DNA of 18,493 nucleotides from Promethearchaeota archaeon (lineage in GTDB: Archaea > Asgardarchaeota > Lokiarchaeia > Sigyniarchaeales > SOKP01): contig JABCSY010000081.1 in assembly GCA_018238625.1 (NCBI GenBank), positions 1 through 18,493 on the forward strand, in the 5' to 3' direction. The first letter of the stretch is position 1; each line of letters starts with the position of its first letter. A model generated the notes under the pieces. It searched no databases. It worked only from the letters and a program-made list of their open reading frames with translations, and was not told the DNA's origin. Shown here piece after piece: positions 1-7,145 of the stretch. The translations under genes and the position numbers were made by a program.

Positions 1-1090
1 CTAAAATCTTAGCCCATTTCTCAAATTGTTTTTTACCGGCCGCAAATGGACCAGGCGTGTTCATTCCTGCCATATTTGCTTCGTCAATTACTTTAAAGCC
101 TGTTACAACTTTCTCTTCTAATAAGCGGCAACCTTCGTTTAACATAATTGCCATTGAAGTTTCAACGTTAAATAGACCTGCTTTTTGAGATTTATCGACT
201 TTTGGTCTTCCTTTAGACCAATCATAAAAACCTTGAGCTGTTTTACGGCCAAGTTTCTTGTCTTCAACCATCTTAGTAAGAACTTTTCCGGGCCTAAAAT
301 TAGGAGATAATGTTTCTGTGTAATAATTACCTACATGGAACATGGTATCGAGCCCTACGTAATCCGTTAACTCACACGGTCCCATTGGCATCAAAGACCC
401 CGCATCACCGTCAATTTGTTCCCATGGAATTCCTTTTTCAGCTGCTTGATCAAATACCCAATTCATATAAATTTGGACTGGTGCATTCATTCTGTTAACA
501 ATGAATCCAGGTCTATCCTTCAATACTTTAGGAACAAATCTTTTTCCTCTTAAACAAGGTAAAGATTGACCTACTTGAACGCCTATATCCATTGCCTCAT
601 CAGAGCTTTTTTCACCGGCTATTATCTCAATTAATCTCATGAGTATCGGTGGATTAAAGAAATGCATTCCAATTACCTTATCTGGTCTATTTGTTGCCGT
701 AGCAATTTCAGTAATGCTCATCGTAGAAGTATTTGTGGCTAAAATACAATGAGCTGGTGCGTTTTCGTCGCAAGTTTTAAAAACTTGTTTTTTGATATCC
801 ATTAATTCAACAACAGCTTCTAACACAAAATCAGCGTCCTTTACTGCGCTTGCCGTATCTATAGATCTCTTTAAATTTCCCATAAGAGTAGCGGCAGAAA
901 CTCCCTCCCCTAACTTTCCTTTGGCTTCAAGTTTTTTTAACCCTTCATCTATTTTAGCAACTCCATTATCAACGAATTCATCTTTAATATCGACTAATGT
1001 TACGTTATATCCTCCCATTAGAAAGATTTGACCGGCATTATGGCCCATTAGACCAGCACCAATAATAACTATGTTTTTAACATCAACCAT
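1..1090 (-). CDS. 3-hydroxyacyl-CoA dehydrogenase, 3' end truncated by the window edge (absent from the ORF track)
   Basis: Manual translation from ATG at 1090: MVDVKNIVIIGAGLMGHNAGQ (GxGxxG), VLEAVVELMDIKKQVF, ILATNTSTMSI, GMHFFNPP (catalytic His motif), DRPGFIVNR, PMGPCELTDYVGLD, GRKTAQGFYDW. The frame stays open to position 1. Confidence 0.95.
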   Translation of the reverse strand, partial: MVDVKNIVIIGAGLMGHNAGQIFLMGGYNVTLVDIKDEFVDNGVAKIDEGLKKLEAKGKLGEGVSAATLMGNLKRSIDTASAVKDADFVLEAVVELMDIKKQVFKTCDENAPAHCILATNTSTMSITEIATATNRPDKVIGMHFFNPPILMRLIEIIAGEKSSDEAMDIGVQVGQSLPCLRGKRFVPKVLKDRPGFIVNRMNAPVQIYMNWVFDQAAEKGIPWEQIDGDAGSLMPMGPCELTDYVGLDTMFHVGNYYTETLSPNFRPGKVLTKMVEDKKLGRKTAQGFYDWSKGRPKVDKSQKAGLFNVETSMAIMLNEGCRLLEEKVVTGFKVIDEANMAGMNTPGPFAAGKKQFEKWAKIL

Positions 1091-1220
1091 TTTTGTTTTT
1101 CAACCTTTTATTTTTAATTATATTCTTATTTTAATATTTTTCATAAACAGATTGTAATATGTAAACTAATTCGATTTTTTTTTTAACTTTTGACATTTTG
1201 TTTTTCAAAAAGTACAAATA

Positions 1221-1274
1221 AATGATCAATAAGATCATTCGAATTAATCATTGATCTAAAATAAATTATTGATC
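1221..1274. promoter_or_regulatory. Candidate operator cluster: AATGATC-N5-GATCATT inverted repeat plus repeated ATTGATC boxes
   Basis: The inverted repeat spans 1221-1239. ATTGATC occurs at 1250-1256 and 1268-1274, and in reverse at 1224-1230, upstream of the dehydrogenase start. Confidence 0.35.
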
Positions 1275-1403
1275 TTACGGAAGAGAAGGAAGAAAGACCT
1301 ATGGTTGAGGTTAAAATTCAGCGAATAATTGATCCCGAAACAAAGAGAGACATAACTAGGAATTAGTCAATCAGAGGATGAAAGAGAAATTGTATTTCCA
1401 TTA

Positions 1404-1961
1404 TTATTTATCAGAGTTGTGATAAAAAATCAGTTCTTCTACACACACATTTTTTTCAGGATCGTCGTGAAGAAAGTTAATCTCTATTTTTTTAATTTTA
1501 TTTCCTAATAATTTTCGGAATGCCGTTTCAAAATAACCTTTATTAACTCGGCAAAACGCTTTCCCGGGTTGCAGTTTCTCTCTACGTTTACTTGACTCTC
1601 TTAAAAAGCAGAAGTTTTCAATAACTACTCTGGTTTGCTCTGAATTTAATTGAACTTCTCTAATTTGCATCGAATAAAATTCTTTCAATTCGGTCATTAA
1701 GATTTCTAAAGCTTCAAAAATTCCAAATTCCTCCTTATTATGCTCTTTTTTTATTCTATTAGCAATTATCTCTCCCGGTCCTGATCCTGTCTGATACAAC
1801 ATTGAAAGCAAACTATTTTTACCGAAAATGTCAAGGATTTTATAAACCATTGATTCACAGATGATTTCAAACCCTTTTAGCGACTTAACGTTAGAACTAT
1901 CGTTTTGAATATTTTTATTTATTTCATTTAAAAAATCTTCATTTATTTCATCTATTTCCAA
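1404..1961 (-). CDS. V4R (vinyl-4-reductase)/MetOD1-like small-ligand-binding domain protein
   Basis: Shows the V4R pattern: LYQTG..G..IA helix, VVIENFCFLRE, AFCRVNKGYFETAF..LLG, and a C-terminal E...C.(E)L strand with three conserved-type Cys. Confidence 0.7.
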   Translation of the reverse strand: MEIDEINEDFLNEINKNIQNDSSNVKSLKGFEIICESMVYKILDIFGKNSLLSMLYQTGSGPGEIIANRIKKEHNKEEFGIFEALEILMTELKEFYSMQIREVQLNSEQTRVVIENFCFLRESSKRREKLQPGKAFCRVNKGYFETAFRKLLGNKIKKIEINFLHDDPEKNVCVEELIFYHNSDK

Positions 1962-2133
1962 AAAACAAACCCCTAAACTACTATTCTACGAAATTAATTT
2001 TATTTGTTACTATTCTTAATTAATAAATTAAGCATGAAACTAAATAAATGTTTAATTTCAATTATAAGATTAAGTATGGTTTTATAAATTTACATTTTCT
2101 AAAGAAATTTCTTATTTAAGTAACAAAATACTA

Positions 2134-2682
2134 TTATGTCATAATATTAGGAACTTCAGCTATATTATTTAACGCATTTTCAAAATCCTTATAATCAGGT
2201 AACGATTCAAGGCAAACTGAGATGTTTCCCAAATTGTTATTTCTTTCCAAAACGAACTTCTTAATTGTTGGAATAATTATATTTGCACATATCTTTGCGT
2301 TAAATCCGATTACTTCTTTCGATATTGGAGGATATGCTATTGAACGTATCCCTTCTTTATCTGCTAATTTTAGCGAATTCCAGATTGCTAACATCAATTT
2401 TTTTTGATCGTGACCTGCTCTTACATGGATAATAAATTTAGCATTTAATTTGCCGCCAGAAGTAATTACAGCATCCCCAATTGGAACGTTTGATATCTCA
2501 CTAATAATACGATTACATTCTACTTGTACTGTATGACCCGCTCCTTTCAATACTCGACATCTTAAGGTACCACTAGGCAAAAGCCGACTATTTGTAGGAA
2601 TGGCAATTGCATCGTAATCAGCATTAATCATGTCTCCGACAAAGATCTCTATAACCGTGTTATTGATCGTTAATTGATTCAT
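2134..2682 (-). CDS. Macrodomain protein (Appr-1''-p/MacroD-like fold) with degenerate catalytic loops
   Basis: IEIFVGDM..DYDAIA, GAG..VQ.EC, GDAVITSGGKLNAKFIIH and GIRSIAYPPIS match the macrodomain. NAAN and GGGV are replaced by IPTN and PSGTL. Confidence 0.88.
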   Translation of the reverse strand: MNQLTINNTVIEIFVGDMINADYDAIAIPTNSRLLPSGTLRCRVLKGAGHTVQVECNRIISEISNVPIGDAVITSGGKLNAKFIIHVRAGHDQKKLMLAIWNSLKLADKEGIRSIAYPPISKEVIGFNAKICANIIIPTIKKFVLERNNNLGNISVCLESLPDYKDFENALNNIAEVPNIMT

Positions 2683-3041
2683 TAAAAGCTTTCTTAATAT
2701 TCTTATATAATTTTTCTAATAGTATCAGTTATTTTTAACATTATCTATAATTTATATAGGCTGACTGCGAAGGCTTATACAAAAATGTAATTATTTAAAA
2801 ACAGTCTAAATAAGTTTAAATTATTAATTTATAAAAAGTAGAAATAATCGCTAAGAACGATTTATCTTTAAATAATTTAGATTATATCGATTATAAGGTA
2901 GAGTGGAAAGGGCTAGTACCTTAAAATAAAAAAAACTCTTTATTATTATAGAAAATTCTAACATTTTAAGTATACTACAAATAAATTTAATTTCTAAAAG
3001 TTCTTTTAGTAATATAAGAAGGAAAAAACAAAATGATATAA

Positions 3042-3257
3042 ATGAAAACCGAGAATAAGCTACAAAAACTCAAGTTTGAAGAAATACAGGAACCAGAAGA
3101 TTTCTATATTATCTCTGATAATGATGATCTTGTCTTAAATTCGAAAGAGGCTGTGGAATTATTGCTAGATGAATTAGAGTCAGCAGAATATGATGAAAAT
3201 TTAGCTAATTTTTATTCAAATTTTCATAATGAGATTGATGATCGTACAAAAGAATAG
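3042..3257 (+). CDS. Small acidic protein, putative antitoxin for the downstream GNAT
   Basis: 71 aa, very D/E-rich, ending 24 bp before the GNAT gene. LVLNSKEAVELLLDELE resembles the toxin-binding C-terminal helix of DUF1778-type antitoxins (by eye). Confidence 0.5.
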   Translation: MKTENKLQKLKFEEIQEPEDFYIISDNDDLVLNSKEAVELLLDELESAEYDENLANFYSNFHNEIDDRTKE

Positions 3258-3281
3258 GAAATGAAAATTATTCCTAGTTAA

Positions 3282-3836
3282 ATGACTGCTAGTAAACTTA
3301 TTTTTGAAAAAATTGAATTAGATTTTAGTTTTAGAGAATTCACATTTCAATCTGGAATTAATAAGCTGGATCGATTTTTCTATGAATATTCAAGCAAATT
3401 TATTAAATATGGTTATTCTCAAGTTTATATTCTAAGGGATGCTGAGACTCCCGATGTAATGGGGTTTTTTTCTCTCTCAAGTTCTACAATTCGATGGGAA
3501 GAGTCTTTAGAAATTGAGAAAATCACTAGATATGTTCCAGGTATTTTATTAGGAATGTTTGCTATTGATGAAAGATTTCGAAGAAAGAAATTTGGTTCGG
3601 ACTTAATAAAAAAAGTAATGAATATTGCTTTAAAATTCTCAAAAGAAATCGGATGTCGATGTGTATTTGTTGATTCATTGACAAAACCAGAGACGATAAA
3701 CTTTTATTTGAATATGGGCTTTAAATTTGTAGATATACCTCTTGGAAAAAGGATCATTAAAAATTTAGCAAATAACGAGAAAATAAAGAGAAGAACTATT
3801 AAAATGTATTTTGACTTGTATAAAATACAAAAATAA
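3282..3836 (+). CDS. GNAT acetyltransferase of the TacT/AtaT toxin-like type
   Basis: F.SG...LD.FF, VMGFFSLS, PGILLGMFAIDERFR...FGSDL, GCRCVFVDS and FY..MGF follow the layout of tRNA-acetylating GNAT toxins. Confidence 0.8.
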   Translation: MTASKLIFEKIELDFSFREFTFQSGINKLDRFFYEYSSKFIKYGYSQVYILRDAETPDVMGFFSLSSSTIRWEESLEIEKITRYVPGILLGMFAIDERFRRKKFGSDLIKKVMNIALKFSKEIGCRCVFVDSLTKPETINFYLNMGFKFVDIPLGKRIIKNLANNEKIKRRTIKMYFDLYKIQK

Positions 3837-3858
3837 ACAATCTTTGATTTTATAGAAA

Positions 3859-3879
3859 GTATATACAATGTATATACAA
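3859..3879. repeat. Tandem GTATATACAA x2 containing the palindrome TGTATATACA
   Basis: Copies lie at 3859-3868 and 3870-3879, and the palindrome spans 3869-3878. It sits between the GNAT stop and the end of the pseudogene. Confidence 0.6.
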
Positions 3880-3880
3880 C

Positions 3881-4108
3881 TTATAGTAATACGAAGGTAA
3901 TAATAATTTCCAACTTTTCTATTAATGATCGAGTAATAGTTTCAGGTCTAAAGCTTTTCATTTTAATTCCTTTTAATGTAATGCAATCGATAATTCCTAA
4001 TTGAGCATGATCGAAAGTAATGGGCTAACCTACAAAATCTAATGAAATTTCTTTTAGATCATATGTGTTTGCGTAACATACGAACAGAATTCGTTTTATT
4101 TTCGTTAT
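3881..4108 (-). pseudogene. Degraded low-molecular-weight protein phosphatase paralog
   Basis: Translation from ATA at 4108: ITKIKRILFVCYANTY-DLKEISLDFVG*PITFDHAQLGIIDCITLKGIKMKSFRPETITRSLIEKLEIIITFVLL*. It aligns to 8796-9290 (KIKNILFLCSGNT...ELKNIAFDSAG) and to 4128-4613 (GIKHSDFRPQIIDRKLLEKQDLIIT). Internal TAG at 4027-4025; AGGAG lies just upstream. Confidence 0.85.
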
Positions 4109-4127
4109 TCTTGCTCCTACTAAGTAG

Positions 4128-4613
4128 TTAGAATTCGGTTTTATTTATCCGAATTATTTTTTTAATCATGTTATCAATATTCTCATCAATTATTTTAAGA
4201 ATTTTCTGATAAATCTTATAACTGGCGTAATACGGATCTATAATATCTAAATCTTCAGTTTCTCCGTTAAATTCTTTTAAAGTAAACAATTTTTTACTGA
4301 TGTCGTTAACCCCTTGATAATTTTCTCTAATATCGATAACATGTGACTTTTCCATCGTTATAATTAAGTCTTGTTTTTCCAGCAATTTTCGATCGATTAT
4401 TTGAGGTCGAAAATCAGAGTGTTTGATGCCCCTTGAATTTAAATATTCTTGAGATTCGGGTTGCATGTAAGAAAATGCATTTATAAAACCAGCGCTCTCA
4501 AAAGTTAAATTAACATCATATTTCTTGGCGTAATCTCGTGCTAAGTATTCAGCAGCAGGAGATCTTGCTGTATTGCCTAAACAAATTATTAATATCTTTG
4601 AAATGTCATTCAT
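4128..4613 (-). CDS. Low-molecular-weight protein phosphatase (LMW-PTP/YwlE/ArsC fold)
   Basis: P-loop ICLGNTARSPAAE (CX5R), ESAG, DLIITME and general-acid loop DIIDPYY. Confidence 0.92.
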   Translation of the reverse strand: MNDISKILIICLGNTARSPAAEYLARDYAKKYDVNLTFESAGFINAFSYMQPESQEYLNSRGIKHSDFRPQIIDRKLLEKQDLIITMEKSHVIDIRENYQGVNDISKKLFTLKEFNGETEDLDIIDPYYASYKIYQKILKIIDENIDNMIKKIIRINKTEF

Positions 4614-4704
4614 TATTTTTCAAATATTTAAATTAATTGACCCAAAAAAGCTTTCTTTTATTTTAATGGTTGATCTTAAATCTTTTTATAATTATTAAAA
4701 ATAT

Positions 4705-5421
4705 TCATTCATTAGTTTTGCTTAGATTTTTCTTTGTTTCTATGTACATTTTTTTACATAGATAAATATAAAATATTAATTGTATTGTGAAAAGAACAAA
4801 GACAAGGATAATTATTATTATTTTTCCATTTGGTCCATATAAGAGTCCTATAGAATAGATACTAACTATTCCATAAACAATTATCAAAATATTTAGCCAT
4901 TGAATAATGGATCTATATCTTTTATTTATTTTCTGTCCTTCAATAAGAATTTTTTTAGGGTCTTCAACTAATAATTCAAGATGTTGTTCACAAATTGGAA
5001 TTCTAAAAATAATAAAGAAAATAGGCATTCCCAAAAAGATCTTAATTAATTTAGTAATTGCCTTCTTTTTGCAAAAGAAACAGTCTAATTTTTGGAATTC
5101 AATCTTTTTTTTAAAAACATAACGTTCATAACAGGAGAAAAGAATTAAGAGAGAAACCCACCAAATAAAGAAATATGAAGTAAAATCCGTAAAGGTTATA
5201 AAAACAATTAAAAATAAAAAAAAACCAATCGTAACTCTATTAATAAATTGGTAATTAAAATATGTTATAAATCTTAATATTTCTACGCCAAATATTAATA
5301 GGATTGGTAAATAGAAAGCTTGTCTTAGAAGAACTGTAAAAAAAGAGAAATTATTAATTATCTTTTTTTCTGAACTTTTATATGAACCATTTTTTTTATT
5401 GATTTTCATGTCTTTACTCAT
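4705..5421 (-). CDS. Hypothetical multi-pass membrane protein with a CxxC...CxxH putative Zn-binding motif
   Basis: Hydrophobic segments at both ends flank a region containing CFFCKKKA...IPICEQH. Confidence 0.65.
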   Translation of the reverse strand: MSKDMKINKKNGSYKSSEKKIINNFSFFTVLLRQAFYLPILLIFGVEILRFITYFNYQFINRVTIGFFLFLIVFITFTDFTSYFFIWWVSLLILFSCYERYVFKKKIEFQKLDCFFCKKKAITKLIKIFLGMPIFFIIFRIPICEQHLELLVEDPKKILIEGQKINKRYRSIIQWLNILIIVYGIVSIYSIGLLYGPNGKIIIIILVFVLFTIQLIFYIYLCKKMYIETKKNLSKTNE

Positions 5422-5460
5422 CAGCTAGTCGAATTTCACAAGCAAAATAAAATTTGTTGT

Positions 5461-5682
5461 TTATTTTTTTAACGATTTCTTTAGCTCATCTATTTGTAAT
5501 TCTAATTTAGAATTTTCTATTTGACAAGCATTTAATTGATTCTGGAGTTTCTGTAATTCTCCTACAACCTTATTTGAATTCAAAAGAGTATCATATAACT
5601 GAGTCTTTAATTTTTTCACATCTAGTTCAAGGTTTTTTATATATTGCTCATCTTTTGGTTCATATGGCCATTCTTCTGACAT
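5461..5682 (-). CDS. Small coiled-coil protein
   Basis: 73 aa with heptad-like L/I/V periodicity (IKNLELDVKKLKTQL...LQKLQNQL...LELQIDELKKSL). Co-oriented with its neighbours. Confidence 0.7.
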   Translation of the reverse strand: MSEEWPYEPKDEQYIKNLELDVKKLKTQLYDTLLNSNKVVGELQKLQNQLNACQIENSKLELQIDELKKSLKK

Positions 5683-5740
5683 GCTTTATCACATAGTTCT
5701 ATTTTTAATTTAATTATTACAACGATTTATTAGAGAATTT

Positions 5741-6427
5741 TTATTTGAGAGAGACCTCTTGCGTTTCTGGATTTCGCACAAAATACCCGGTTGTGCCACA
5801 TTCTTGACAAACTTGAGTATTATCATCAAGAAATAGCATAGATTTCTTGAAACATGTGGGACAGATGAAGTGAATAAGTTCTTGTTCATTTTTCGAGAAC
5901 TCTTTTATCATTTCAATCTTGGGCGTTATGGGAGTCTGAATACAAAACATACAAAAACAGCGTTTTTTCGTGTCTTCAAGGATATCGTTCAATTCGTTTA
6001 GATTTGCATCGCATTCCACCGTTAATTCTAACTTAAAGTTTTCCACCGCATCAATTCCATCCTCAATCCCAAATCCAGTTGTTAGGTCAATGTCCGCAAT
6101 AATTCTTATATCAAGTCGTTTTAATTCTATTTTTCGCATTGCTGCCCATTTGGCAAAAGCAGCAGAGAAACAACCAGCAAAACCGGCTAAACAATAGTGC
6201 ACTGGATGAACGGCAGTACCCCCACCCCCAAGAATAATAGTTTCGTCTGTTTGCACTGTTATTTCACCCGCTCTTTCTGTTCTTAATTTTACTTCGAATT
6301 GTGGGCCATAATCTACTTCTAATCTCCATCTACCATTAATTTCTAAAGATTTTTTACAATTTGATCGATCTTTACGATATGTATCTTGTACTTTCTTAAA
6401 TCCTACTACATCAATTCTGTTTAGCAT
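5741..6427 (-). CDS. OsmC/Ohr-family protein with a C-terminal zinc-ribbon extension
   Basis: TDE..ILGGGGTAVHPVHYCLAGFAGCF, IELKRLDIRI.ADIDL..GFG and distal KRCFCMFC match the OsmC family. The extra tail is CPTC...CQECG. Confidence 0.85.
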   Translation of the reverse strand: MLNRIDVVGFKKVQDTYRKDRSNCKKSLEINGRWRLEVDYGPQFEVKLRTERAGEITVQTDETIILGGGGTAVHPVHYCLAGFAGCFSAAFAKWAAMRKIELKRLDIRIIADIDLTTGFGIEDGIDAVENFKLELTVECDANLNELNDILEDTKKRCFCMFCIQTPITPKIEMIKEFSKNEQELIHFICPTCFKKSMLFLDDNTQVCQECGTTGYFVRNPETQEVSLK

Positions 6428-6439
6428 AGATTTCCCTCT

Positions 6440-6973
6440 TTATAAGATTTCTTTATGCATAGTGTATAATTTTTCTATTATCATCTTAAATCCATTATCT
6501 ACTCCATTTCCTGATTTTGCAGATGTTCTGTGTACTCCTAAATAATTTTCTGTCTCACTTAATTCTTCAAAATTACTTTCATCTATTTCTATATTTCCAA
6601 CTAAATCTATTTTATTTGCAAAAATTATAATCGGAATGTCTTTGCAATACTGATTGATTTCATTATACCATTTCATAACGTTTTTTAAGCTTTCGCTTCC
6701 CTTATCATTTCGTTCTAATGAATAAACTATTATTACTGCTTTACTATCCTCATAGAACGAGGAGCGAATGATTTGGAAATCATCTTGACCGGCTAGATCC
6801 CAGAAGAAAAGCTTAACGTCATCTCCATTTATCTTTTGTTCATAAATAGAAAATTGAGCTCCGATTGTAGAGATATAATCTTCTTGAAATTCTCCTTGAG
6901 TATACTTTTTAATAAGGGAGGTTTTTCCTACTCCACCATCACCTATTACCGTGATCTTAAAAACAAATCTCAT
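6440..6973 (-). CDS. Rab-like small GTPase (Ras superfamily; eukaryotic signature protein)
   Basis: G1 GDGGVGKTS, G2 YISTIG, G3 WDLAGQ, G4 NKID and G5 SAK are present. There is no C-terminal prenylation Cys motif. Confidence 0.95.
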   Translation of the reverse strand: MRFVFKITVIGDGGVGKTSLIKKYTQGEFQEDYISTIGAQFSIYEQKINGDDVKLFFWDLAGQDDFQIIRSSFYEDSKAVIIVYSLERNDKGSESLKNVMKWYNEINQYCKDIPIIIFANKIDLVGNIEIDESNFEELSETENYLGVHRTSAKSGNGVDNGFKMIIEKLYTMHKEIL

Positions 6974-7046
6974 AAAATTCTCTCAATAAATATGATTTAA
7001 ATGTTATTTTATCCATATTATGCTTAAATTCTATATAAAAGTATCC

Positions 7047-7095
7047 ACATAATAGTCAAATTAAATAAAAATTATTTACATAATAGTCAAATTAA
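7047..7095. repeat. Perfect 18-bp direct repeat ACATAATAGTCAAATTAA in the divergent promoter region
   Basis: Copies lie at 7047-7064 and 7078-7095 (31-bp period), next to the TATA-like CTATATAAAA at 7031-7040. Confidence 0.85.
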
Positions 7096-7145
7096 TAAAC
7101 TATACAATTAAATTTTAATCAATGTAATCCTAATGTTGATATATT

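Noticed and set aside
310-1031. ORFs 310-498 and 792-1031 (+)
   Set aside because: They are antisense shadows of the 3-hydroxyacyl-CoA dehydrogenase gene.
4025-4027. Pyrrolysine or readthrough recoding at the in-frame TAG
   Set aside because: The ORF also lacks a start codon, the catalytic Arg and its C-terminal half, so decay is the simpler explanation.
7047-7095. Mini-CRISPR array
   Set aside because: There are only two 18-bp copies with a 13-bp spacer, too short for CRISPR, and no cas genes.
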